The notes under the pieces are model-generated. The model had not been told where the DNA came from, searched no databases, and saw nothing but the letters and a program-made list of their open reading frames with translations. A DNA stretch of 64,000 bases from Candidatus Undinarchaeota archaeon (GTDB lineage: Archaea > SpSt-1190 > JASMDC01), in NCBI GenBank assembly GCA_964519305.1, contig CAZFHY010000010.1, positions 64,001 to 128,000 on the forward strand, given 5' to 3'. This document shows, one piece after another, positions 53,924-62,577 of this stretch. A program made the translations under genes and the position numbers. Position 1 is the stretch's first letter, and every line of letters begins with the position of its first letter.

Positions 53924-54981
53924 CACTCCCACTCTACCCAGTCAGGGTTGTAGGTGCCCAGGGGCAGGTCGTCCCCGAACATCGATTGTGGTGAATATCC
54001 TAGTTGAGAATAAGCGACATCCCGGGGGATGAGCAGGTCGCGAACGTTGTTATCGGTGAGATAGGCCTTGCCGTCGATGATGGTCTCGGTCCAGGCATGA
54101 CCTCCGCCCTTCATCGTCCCGAGCACGACCACCGAATCGTATCCCTTGGCCTCGAGCAGTGAGTTCGATGCGAGCGCGTAGTCCTCGCAGTCGCCCCGGG
54201 AGAGGCCTGTGAGGAAGTGATCAGGGTTCTGCCAGTAATCGGTGTGACCTAGATGATCGGCGTCGAAGAAGTACTTCCCCATGAGCGGATTGCCGTCGGC
54301 GAACCGCATGAACTTGATACCGGATATGTTGTTCCCACCGATGTTGATCGCGGCGGGATAGTCGCGGACCTCGAGGTTGTTGGCGAAACCCTGGACCACC
54401 TCGTTGTCCGGTGTGATGTAGGACGAGGGATTATTGGGCATGTAGAAGCCCCGCTGCTCGCCGATCTCCTGGTGCCGGAGCGAGGGGAAGCCGTCGGGGA
54501 TCCCGTCGCTGTTGGCGTCGGGATTATCAGGGTGAAGGTCGTAGCCGTCAGCGAGCCCGTCGCCGTCCCGATCGAGGACCATGAAGTCGGGATCCTTGCC
54601 GTCGATGATACCGTCAGCGTCCACGTCGGGATTGGACCAGTCCCAGTCCCTACCGTCGAGGATACCGTCCCCGTCGATGTCGGGATTACCGGGATGAGGG
54701 TCGATGGAATCGTAGAGGTGGTCGCCGTCAGCGTCCGCCATGGCCTGCTCGGGGGAGAGCGTGGGAACGCTGTCGTCGCCCAGCACACGGGCCTTGGGCG
54801 GACCGGGTTCGGCCTCTTTGCCGAGCAGTGCACCGAGGACGAGCCCACCGGTGATTGTGAGTCCGACCGCGATGAAGCCCTTGGCCACCGACTCGGCGTT
54901 CAGGTCCTCGGTGACCATGTAGCCGTCGGCCGCCGTGGCGGTCCCGGCATCATCGGTCTCGAGGTCGATGTCCATAGCCAT
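53923..54981 (-). CDS. DLET-leader protein with TSP3-like Ca-binding repeats and a C-terminal transglutaminase-like Cys peptidase
   Basis: DADGD, DIDGDG, DVDADG and DRDGDG repeats; WQNP..RGDCEDYA, GHAW, D. Confidence 0.8.
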   Translation of the reverse strand: MAMDIDLETDDAGTATAADGYMVTEDLNAESVAKGFIAVGLTITGGLVLGALLGKEAEPGPPKARVLGDDSVPTLSPEQAMADADGDHLYDSIDPHPGNPDIDGDGILDGRDWDWSNPDVDADGIIDGKDPDFMVLDRDGDGLADGYDLHPDNPDANSDGIPDGFPSLRHQEIGEQRGFYMPNNPSSYITPDNEVVQGFANNLEVRDYPAAINIGGNNISGIKFMRFADGNPLMGKYFFDADHLGHTDYWQNPDHFLTGLSRGDCEDYALASNSLLEAKGYDSVVVLGTMKGGGHAWTETIIDGKAYLTDNNVRDLLIPRDVAYSQLGYSPQSMFGDDLPLGTYNPDWVEWE

Positions 54982-55961
54982 CAGTTCCCCTCCCTGACTT
55001 CAAGCTCGTAGCCACCGTTATCGATGTCGTACACCTGGACACCGTACACGTCCTCGAACGAGGGGATGATGTGCATGTCCTGGCCCTGACCCCGCATGTG
55101 GAGCGAGGCCTCGAAATCCTCGATGACCTTTGAAGGATCGTTCTGGATATCCTGGTAGAACTGCTGGGCGGCCTTCTTGAGCTCGCCCTTGAAGTAGGGG
55201 ACTCGGTCGCGTTCGAAGGTCTTGACCGCCTCCTCGCCCCCGAAAGCAGCAAGTGTGGCCTCGTCCTTGTACTGTTTCTGTACGGGTTCGAGGTACTCGT
55301 TCAGCGTCGCCTGGACAACCTGGGCACCCACGTACTCGAGCGTTGTCTTCAGTGCCCCCTCGCGTGAGGAGAACTGCATCCAGATGGCGTCCTTCTCCTG
55401 CTCGGAGAGCGGGCCGTTGCCACCGTTGATCCGGGCGGTCTCGATGGTCTCGATGAGGTTGTGATAGTCGGTCCGGGCATCGAACTGCGCCAGGTTCTCT
55501 ACGCTGTAGGACACCTGGCCATGGATGAAGACATCCTTGGCGGCGTCTGCCTTCTGGCCGGTGTAGGTGGCGAGCTGCCCGACGGGGATGTCGATGTCGA
55601 CCGTCTGCCGCTCAAGGGACACCTCCTCGTAGCTGGAGAAGGGGACAGGGAGACGAAGGACGAACTTGCTCCCATCGGTCTCGTTCTCGATGTAGCGGGT
55701 ACCACCTTCGAAGTCGAGGATGCCTCGTTCATCGAGCTGGACGGACTCGTGGATGATGGCGCCGGTGTTGGGGGGGACGATACCGACCGTGGACACCATA
55801 CCGAAACCGACACCGAGGGAGGCGAGACCGAGGCCGATGTACTTGCCGACGGTCATGGCCTGCGCGCCCAGCGGCAGGTCCGAGAACTTAGTTGCTTCCT
55901 CCTCACGGTTGTCCGGTTGTAGGTCTTCCTCTTTGAGCTTCTCGTCCTCAATGTCCCTCAT
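54981..55961 (-). CDS. SPFH/Band-7-like membrane protein, divergent
   Basis: Acidic N-terminus, one TM, then IVPP..GAI, PVPF..V.L..Q, V.Y.V.N and YGVQV.DI patterns; probable start ATG 55961. Confidence 0.5.
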   Translation of the reverse strand: MRDIEDEKLKEEDLQPDNREEEATKFSDLPLGAQAMTVGKYIGLGLASLGVGFGMVSTVGIVPPNTGAIIHESVQLDERGILDFEGGTRYIENETDGSKFVLRLPVPFSSYEEVSLERQTVDIDIPVGQLATYTGQKADAAKDVFIHGQVSYSVENLAQFDARTDYHNLIETIETARINGGNGPLSEQEKDAIWMQFSSREGALKTTLEYVGAQVVQATLNEYLEPVQKQYKDEATLAAFGGEEAVKTFERDRVPYFKGELKKAAQQFYQDIQNDPSKVIEDFEASLHMRGQGQDMHIIPSFEDVYGVQVYDIDNGGYELEVREGN

Positions 55962-56110
55962 ATCGGTTACCCCCAATGTTTCATACGTCCGTCCCCGTAG
56001 CCACGGCTGCGGCATGCCATACTGTACCGTGGCGTCCGGACCTAAATCGCCACCCTCCCGCCCTTATATAGGTTGTTCCTCCATATATCGGAAAAACTTA
56101 CGAGAAACGC

Positions 56111-56129
56111 ATCACTACGGCTTAGTTAC
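56111..56129. promoter_or_regulatory. Inverted repeat ATCACTA-N5-TAGTTAC, candidate operator
   Basis: Two mismatches to the 41129 palindrome; upstream of the TATATAA box at about 56064-56070. Confidence 0.4.
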
Positions 56130-56181
56130 AACTCCGAAGTACGGCGGAAAAATACACATTTCAAGTGGGGATCTTCAGTCC

Positions 56182-56973
56182 CTACACGGGCTTCCCGAGC
56201 GAGTCCCAGTAGGTATCGAAGATGCCACAGAACAGGGAGACGAAGTCTGCGTTCTTGGAGAAGAGCACGATATCCTCTCCCTTGCTTATAGTGAGGCTGT
56301 CACGTGTTGTCCGCAGGAGCATGGCCATCTCGGACTTGTCGACGATCACGATGCGGGGGAGCGGGGCGTCGAGCATCCGCACCTCAGCGAACCGCTTCGC
56401 ACGCTCCAGCTGCTCTGGATGCGTGATGTCGAACACCAGCATCCTGATCTTCTTCCCCTCGTCGCGGAGGCGCTGGTGGACGCTGCTCTTCGACTCGTAG
56501 AGCAGCATCTTCCCCAGACCCGCCTCGTTGACGGTGATGCGCACCTCGTTCTCGGTGGTGTTCATCATCTTGTCGATGCGCAGGTACTTCTTGGACCTGC
56601 CATGGATGAACCAGAACTCGGGGATACTGGCCGACTCATCGCTCTTCGCAGCGAAGGACGCGAGCTGGGCGCGAGCGGTCTCGTGGCTCTGCTCCAGCGC
56701 GTCTATCATCGAGCGCGTGTGCTCCTTGAGCGCGATGTCGGGCTCCACGGCGATGTAGCGGATGGGCTTGATATCCTGCTTGTAGATGAACCCGCGCTTC
56801 TCGAGCATGTCGAGCGCCTCGTAGATGCGGGCCTTTGGGATCTTGAGCATGTCGTAGAGGTCCGAAACGGTGGCGCTCTCCCTCATCAGGAGATGGGGGT
56901 ACACGAGCACCTCGTACCGTCCAAGGCCGAGGTTGGTCATAGCGTTCAATAGGCGCTCACTGATCTTGAGCAT
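56182..56973 (-). CDS. TrmB-family transcriptional regulator
   Basis: LGL..YE..VY..LL, IP.ARIYEAL..LE.RGF, P.RY.AV.P winged HTH; IVIVD effector domain. Confidence 0.88.
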   Translation of the reverse strand: MLKISERLLNAMTNLGLGRYEVLVYPHLLMRESATVSDLYDMLKIPKARIYEALDMLEKRGFIYKQDIKPIRYIAVEPDIALKEHTRSMIDALEQSHETARAQLASFAAKSDESASIPEFWFIHGRSKKYLRIDKMMNTTENEVRITVNEAGLGKMLLYESKSSVHQRLRDEGKKIRMLVFDITHPEQLERAKRFAEVRMLDAPLPRIVIVDKSEMAMLLRTTRDSLTISKGEDIVLFSKNADFVSLFCGIFDTYWDSLGKPV

Positions 56974-57031
56974 CTAAGTGACAGTATGCTGCATCACTCT
57001 TTTATTCTTTAGGCCGAGCCGGCCGGTCCCG

Positions 57032-57979
57032 CTACTGCTGGGCCAGCATCCGTTCGACGTACGAGCGGACGTGTGGTGTGTTGTTCACGGCCTGCTCGAC
57101 GAGATCAGGGTTCCGATCTGAGAACTCCTGGATTATGTCACCGTGCATCCCCAAACCCTCCAGGCCCACCGACGCGCGCACGCTCTCCTCGAACTCGGCC
57201 CCTGCCACGATGAGGGAGAACTGGAAGTCCGAGATGTCCACGTCCACCTTGGATAGGCCCTTAGGTGTGAGCTTGGCGACCCGCATGGAGTTCAGCCGCT
57301 TGTGTCCTTCACCTGTCCCAATCTTCTCTACGAACTCGCCCACGTTGACGCCCTCCGGTGCATAGCCCTGCCTGAGCAACGCCTTGAACGAGATGGGTGA
57401 CGTCGCGTCAGCGAAGGTCTTCTCAAGTCCGAGCTCCTCTGCGTACGTGTCGAGCAGGGCGATGGCCTTCCCGCCGATGTGGCTCCCCTGGTACTCCTTC
57501 TTGATGGCGAACCGCGCCATCTCACCGGAGAGGTCGTCGCTATGGACGTTGATCGCGAAGGAGCCGACCATCTCGGCGTACTCGCCGGGAGCGGTCTCCT
57601 TCTCCACGACGAACCAGAGGTCGAAGTTAGGGATTTGCCCGCCGCCCTTGGTGAGGTAGTCCGAGCCGTAGAAGGACATGGTCTTGTGGTCCTTCTGGAA
57701 CCTCTCGGCCTTGAATATCGATTTATCGCAGTGCTCCTGGTTGGAGTACACGTTGTTGTAGACCTCGGCCAGGCCGTCCGCGTCGTCGGCCTCCCAGAGG
57801 CGCATCCGGTAGGTCTCGCCCAGGTCGTTGGAGAACGTATGGGTCTCCATTGAGGCCAGGTTGACCAGGATCGTCTCCTGGGCGGATGGTATGTGCAGGG
57901 TGTAGGACTCCTTCACGGAGGAGTCGTACGGTTCAAGAATGACCGCTTCAACAGCCCCGGCAACGTAATTCATGTCCAT
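57032..57979 (-). CDS. GNAT-family acetyltransferase
   Basis: GEMARFAIKKEYQGSHIGGK acetyl-CoA motif. Confidence 0.7.
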   Translation of the reverse strand: MDMNYVAGAVEAVILEPYDSSVKESYTLHIPSAQETILVNLASMETHTFSNDLGETYRMRLWEADDADGLAEVYNNVYSNQEHCDKSIFKAERFQKDHKTMSFYGSDYLTKGGGQIPNFDLWFVVEKETAPGEYAEMVGSFAINVHSDDLSGEMARFAIKKEYQGSHIGGKAIALLDTYAEELGLEKTFADATSPISFKALLRQGYAPEGVNVGEFVEKIGTGEGHKRLNSMRVAKLTPKGLSKVDVDISDFQFSLIVAGAEFEESVRASVGLEGLGMHGDIIQEFSDRNPDLVEQAVNNTPHVRSYVERMLAQQ

Positions 57980-58117
57980 CCAGCCCCCCACAGGGAACGC
58001 CCCTGCGATGGTAACACATCGGGCGGCCCCGTGGCCGCTATATAAGCCTTTTGATTTTCCTCCGGTCGCCGGTGGAACGAGCTTTATAAACCGGGTAATA
58101 TTAGACCGGTACGGGAC

Positions 58118-58747
58118 ATGGAAGGGGAAGACATCCTAGATACGTGCATCGACGGCCTCTACGCCCGTCGCTCCTTGGAGCTCGATGTGTACGCCGAGGG
58201 TGTTTTCCTAGGTGACTACATGGCAGATCTTGCCCGGAAGCTCAGTGAGGAGGGGAAAAGGCAGCTCCCGGACCTTCTCAATGGTAAGATCGACGAAGAC
58301 GAGGCCTATGAACGCACTATCTCGTCCTTCATTGGTCTGTACGAGCACTGCGGAGAAACGTTACTGGAACAGATGGTCTCATACATCAAGCCCCATGTCC
58401 ACAATCCAGCGGTCAAGGCATTCGCTCAGGCCGAGCTCAAGCTCAACACATACGTCATCCGCACCTACGAGCGGGCCCTTGACGCCCAGCCCGAAGCGGC
58501 CTGCGACGACCTCTTCCTTGACGATGACATCTACTGCTCCGTCATGGCCTTCGAAGGTGATGTCGATACGTACGAGTCGTTGGTCGAGCGACGGGACAAG
58601 GCCTCACAAGGGTTCGTTGACATGGTTGTCGATGAGGCTGGGTACTTCCGAGGACGCATCATCAAGGGGCCGCTCACGACCATTCTCGTCGACCGTCCCG
58701 GTGAGCGTGAGAGGGAGCTCGTGCAGCGGATGCGGTCGAGCGACTAG
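58118..58747 (+). CDS. Hypothetical helical protein
   Basis: TTTATAAA at 58083-58090 ahead of the ATG; coding-like codon use. Confidence 0.7.
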   Translation: MEGEDILDTCIDGLYARRSLELDVYAEGVFLGDYMADLARKLSEEGKRQLPDLLNGKIDEDEAYERTISSFIGLYEHCGETLLEQMVSYIKPHVHNPAVKAFAQAELKLNTYVIRTYERALDAQPEAACDDLFLDDDIYCSVMAFEGDVDTYESLVERRDKASQGFVDMVVDEAGYFRGRIIKGPLTTILVDRPGERERELVQRMRSSD

Positions 58748-59346
58748 TCCTCAAGGGGCCTTGTACTATCCTCGATGGTGAGGACCTCGATGTTGTTCCG
58801 CACTAGAAGGGCTGCGGCCACGCCCCGGCCCGGGACCACTTTTCCCTTGAACGTGCCATCGTGGACGTTCTTCGGTCCACATGCGGGGCTCCGATCCATG
58901 AGGACCGCGGTCCTCGCCCCCACTGCCTTGGCCAACGCGAGCGTCTGCAGGGAACCAAGCAGATAGGGTTCAGTCACGTCGTCCCCGAGCTTCGTGAGCA
59001 CCTGTGCGACGCCTCCTACCACGTGATCCCCGTTCCTGCCCGGCTCGATCTCTGCGGGTGCATGGGGAACGGGCAGCCCGCCCAGGGACTCGGGGCAGGC
59101 GAACACCAGAGCGTACCGCCGGGCGAGGCGGGCGATGGCAGGATCGTACCGAGCGGTGCCATCATAGCGTGTCGGGCACCCGCCCAGGCATGCGCTCACA
59201 AGCACGACCTCCTTCTCGGCCGGGCCTGTCAGTCCCTTCCACGCTACGAGGTCGATTTTGTGCGTGAATTTGGGCCCGGCCTCGTACACTGGGATGAGCC
59301 GATCATTCCCCGCATACCAGTGACCGAGGACCTCCCGTGTCGTCAC
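58744..59346 (-). CDS. DUF523 (2-thiouracil desulfurase-like) protein
   Basis: VSACLGG..RYDG, CPE.LGGL.VP and RSPACG; GTG start overlaps the ogg stop. Confidence 0.85.
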   Translation of the reverse strand: MTTREVLGHWYAGNDRLIPVYEAGPKFTHKIDLVAWKGLTGPAEKEVVLVSACLGGCPTRYDGTARYDPAIARLARRYALVFACPESLGGLPVPHAPAEIEPGRNGDHVVGGVAQVLTKLGDDVTEPYLLGSLQTLALAKAVGARTAVLMDRSPACGPKNVHDGTFKGKVVPGRGVAAALLVRNNIEVLTIEDSTRPLED

Positions 59347-59993
59347 TTGAACACCTCGCCCGTGGCCCGTGCCCAGAACACCAGGTCCAGATGGTCGAGC
59401 GGGATGCCCTCGCGTTCGGCGAAAGCGGCCATGTCCCGCTCGATGTCGAGGTACCTGCGGCGCGTGACGCTCTTGGGCACCTCTGGGATTACCTCTAGCT
59501 CCTTGAGGCAGCGGAGGATGTGGCGGTCGAGGATCGCTAGGTCCGATCCCATGCCCAGGTTGCGCAGGAGGTGACCCGCTTCCTTGTACCCGAGACCGTT
59601 CACGTGCTCGACCAGCCACTCCCGTGCCTTCTTGGGGGCCTTGAACTGGCCGAGCACGGTGCGGACGGACGGCCTACCCTCCGGTGCGAAGAGCAGGCGG
59701 GCGGCCACCACCCGGCGTGCCTTGGTATGGTGGAACCGCACACCAGTGCTCGCCAGTGCCGCGGCCACTTCCTCCGCGGTACCTGTTAGGAGCAGGCCCA
59801 CGTCATCTAGGCCACAGGCTGCGTCCCAGCATGCCCGACCCTTCGACTGAGGGGTGAGCAGGCAGAACACTACCTCGCGGAACAGCTCCTCCTCGGAGGC
59901 GCTCTCCCATTGTTCGCGGAATCCCTGCAGGCGCTCCTCGATGATCGGGCGGAGGGTGCGGTGGAGCTCGTGAAGGTCGGTCAAGGAGACCAC
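59343..59993 (-). CDS. ogg: N-glycosylase/DNA lyase (8-oxoguanine glycosylase, Ogg2 type)
   Basis: LF.E..FCLLTPQS, GVRF, GLGYKEA.H.LRN.G, AILDRHI, DLVFW and terminal K. Confidence 0.88.
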   Translation of the reverse strand: MVSLTDLHELHRTLRPIIEERLQGFREQWESASEEELFREVVFCLLTPQSKGRACWDAACGLDDVGLLLTGTAEEVAAALASTGVRFHHTKARRVVAARLLFAPEGRPSVRTVLGQFKAPKKAREWLVEHVNGLGYKEAGHLLRNLGMGSDLAILDRHILRCLKELEVIPEVPKSVTRRRYLDIERDMAAFAEREGIPLDHLDLVFWARATGEVFK

Positions 59994-60875
59994 CTATCGG
60001 TCGACCGGAAGGATGTCGGTCCGCACGGCATCGAGCCGCTCCCGGTTCTCTCCCTCCCAGGGCACACGTATGCCCAGCTCGTCGAGCACGGCATCGATCA
60101 GCACCAGATGATGGGCGAAACCGACCGGCTCCTTCGCGAGCTGCGAGACCGGTACGACCAGGGCGTGGGACGCGTCGTCGCCGGGCGAGATCCGGGCGGC
60201 CAGCCGCTCGGACGGGCCGTCCAGCTCCAGCATGAAGAGGGACGTGCGCACGGCCCCGCGCGGGAACCGTGGGTCGTCCCAGCCGTCAATGACCCGCTCC
60301 AGGTAGATGGCCCCTACGACGGGGCCGTCGGGCTTGAGCGACACCTCCTGTTCGATGGAACCGAAGGTGGCGGACCGGCGGGCGAGCTCGTCCAGGGAGA
60401 GCAGGGAGAGCTCACGGTCGCGAGGGTAGAGCAGGAGCCCGGTCTCCTCGGCGAGCTCCCGTACAGCTGCCCCCTGGGGGGGCTCACGGTACTCGACGAA
60501 GCCACCGGGAAGGGCCAGCATCCCCTCGTACGGTGGGCGTCCGCGCCGGATGAGGAGAACCGCTGGTTCCTCGCCATAGCACTTGGTGAGCACGAGGACG
60601 TCCACGGTCTCGGCGTTCCTGCGGAACTCAAGGGCCACTGGGAGGACCGGACAGCGCCCGTCCACCCGCTCGCCCAGGGAGACGAACTTGCATCCTGCAG
60701 GCAGGGCCGCAGCAACGTCCCGGGCAAGGTCCGCGTCCCCATCGCACCGGACCACGAGGGGAGGTCCTGAGGCAACCGCCCGCTTCCCGGACGGGACGGT
60801 CACGGATTCGAGCGCTGGCCCCTCGTCCCCCATCACCACGCGGAGGACATGGAGCTCGACGCCCTCAGAATCCAT
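59994..60875 (-). CDS. Nudix hydrolase
   Basis: VLLIRR..PY.G..ALPGGFVE...AAVRELAEETGL, DPR, GDDA. Confidence 0.85.
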   Translation of the reverse strand: MDSEGVELHVLRVVMGDEGPALESVTVPSGKRAVASGPPLVVRCDGDADLARDVAAALPAGCKFVSLGERVDGRCPVLPVALEFRRNAETVDVLVLTKCYGEEPAVLLIRRGRPPYEGMLALPGGFVEYREPPQGAAVRELAEETGLLLYPRDRELSLLSLDELARRSATFGSIEQEVSLKPDGPVVGAIYLERVIDGWDDPRFPRGAVRTSLFMLELDGPSERLAARISPGDDASHALVVPVSQLAKEPVGFAHHLVLIDAVLDELGIRVPWEGENRERLDAVRTDILPVDR

Positions 60876-60919
60876 GGACCGGCAGGTATGTCGAAGGTTT
60901 TTATACTTGCGCACGCCAC

Positions 60920-61543
60920 ATGGTGATGATGGGCCGGAAATCGGAACTCGGGCAAGCCGTCCTCTCCGACTTCGGCCGGGCCATCGTCGTGTTCTTCCTC
61001 GCGGGTATGTTCGCAGAGAGCATGCTTGCCGACATCCTCGTCATCTCTATGTTCTACTACGTGCTCCGGGGGGTGTTCCGTTCGTTCCTGCTGGCGGTCA
61101 GCATGCTCACCGACGAGGGAGAGAGCCCATTGGACAGCTTCATCCCTTCAGTGGAAGGACAGAACGATATCGAGGGTCTCGCCAAGGCCCTGATGCGCGA
61201 GGGGGAGTATGAGGAAGCGCTCGACTTCCTGGACAAGGCGCTCGAGGCGGATCCCACCGACGCCAGACGCTACCTCCTGCGCGGCTTGGTACTGCGACAT
61301 TTGGCCGAGGATGGCGGTTCGGACGAGCTTGTGCGCAGCGCCATCCGTGACCTCCAGTCCGCCATGGTGCTATCCCGCACCATCGCTGCCATCCCGCAGA
61401 CTGACCTGCTCGTCGGCAGGCTGTTCACCAGGCTGGGGGAGAAGGAGAAGGCACGGCGTCATCTCCAGCGGGTACTGGCCCACAACGATGCGCCGGACCA
61501 CGTTCTAGAAGAGGCGAAGCGCATGACAGCGTCGCTTTCATAG
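60920..61543 (+). CDS. Membrane-anchored TPR protein
   Basis: Two N-terminal hydrophobic helices; GEYEEAL..L.KAL..DP and G....LGE..KA...L..VL TPR patterns. Confidence 0.72.
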   Translation: MVMMGRKSELGQAVLSDFGRAIVVFFLAGMFAESMLADILVISMFYYVLRGVFRSFLLAVSMLTDEGESPLDSFIPSVEGQNDIEGLAKALMREGEYEEALDFLDKALEADPTDARRYLLRGLVLRHLAEDGGSDELVRSAIRDLQSAMVLSRTIAAIPQTDLLVGRLFTRLGEKEKARRHLQRVLAHNDAPDHVLEEAKRMTASLS

Positions 61544-61557
61544 GAACCTGTGCGGGT

Positions 61558-62577
61558 TCACTGGCCGTTGGGGCGCACCATGACCTTCATCACACCCTTC
61601 TTCCCGGACTCGATGAGTCCGATGCCGCGCTCGAGCTCCTCCAAAGGGATCCTGTGGGAGATCAGATCGTCCACACGCACCCTCCCTGCCCGGAGAAGCG
61701 CCACCGCCTGGAGCGAGTTCCTCACCGAGGTAAAGGACGAGAGCAGGATCAGTCCTTTGTGAAAGAGCACGAAGGGGTCCAGCGCTATGGTCTGATCCAC
61801 GGGCGGGACTCCGAACAGAAGGACAGTCCCCCCTCTGCGAGCAAGCGTGGGTGCCCGCTCCATCACCGGGACGGCCCCGGTGGCGTCCACCACAGCGTCG
61901 TAGGCGTCCTCGGGCAGGTCGGCAACGTCCTCCACCACCGTATCCGCTCCGGCCCTCTTGGCGAAGGCTGCTCGGTCCGGGATGCGCTCGGCCATGTCCA
62001 CGGCCGCCGCTCCCCGCGCCAGCATCGTCCGCATGAGCAGGATACCGATCGGCCCTGCGCCCAGAACCGCCACACGGTCGCCAAGTGCGATCCCCGCCCG
62101 CTCCACGCCGTGGAGCACACAGGAAAGTGGTTCGACAAACGCCCCATGCTCGAAAGGGATGTCACCAATGGGGAACACAGCGTTCTCAGGCGCCACAACG
62201 TACTGTGCCATCCCCCCGGACAGGGTCACACCGAGGGCCTGCCAGTTCTCGCAGAAGTTCTGGTGGTTGCTCAGGCACGCAGGGCAGTCATCGCAGGCAA
62301 TGTTGGGCTCGACGGTCACCCGACCCTCCAGGTCGATGCGGCGAACACCGGGACCCACCGCCGCTACTTCCCCTGCAAGTTCGTGGCCGGGTACGACGGG
62401 GTAGGTGCCCATATATCGGCCACGGAATATGTGGACATCGGTCCCGCAGATACCGCATGCCATGACCCGGATGAGCACTTCGCCCTTCTCAGGCCTGGGC
62501 ACGGGACGCTCCCGTACCTCGAACCTGCCAGGCGCCACCACCGTGGCGGCATGCATCCGCTCGGCTATACGGTTCAT
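61558..62577 (-). CDS. Zn-dependent alcohol dehydrogenase (MDR, polyol type)
   Basis: CGICGTD, GHE, CxxCxxC..C, EPLSC and GAGPIG. Confidence 0.92.
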   Translation of the reverse strand: MNRIAERMHAATVVAPGRFEVRERPVPRPEKGEVLIRVMACGICGTDVHIFRGRYMGTYPVVPGHELAGEVAAVGPGVRRIDLEGRVTVEPNIACDDCPACLSNHQNFCENWQALGVTLSGGMAQYVVAPENAVFPIGDIPFEHGAFVEPLSCVLHGVERAGIALGDRVAVLGAGPIGILLMRTMLARGAAAVDMAERIPDRAAFAKRAGADTVVEDVADLPEDAYDAVVDATGAVPVMERAPTLARRGGTVLLFGVPPVDQTIALDPFVLFHKGLILLSSFTSVRNSLQAVALLRAGRVRVDDLISHRIPLEELERGIGLIESGKKGVMKVMVRPNGQ

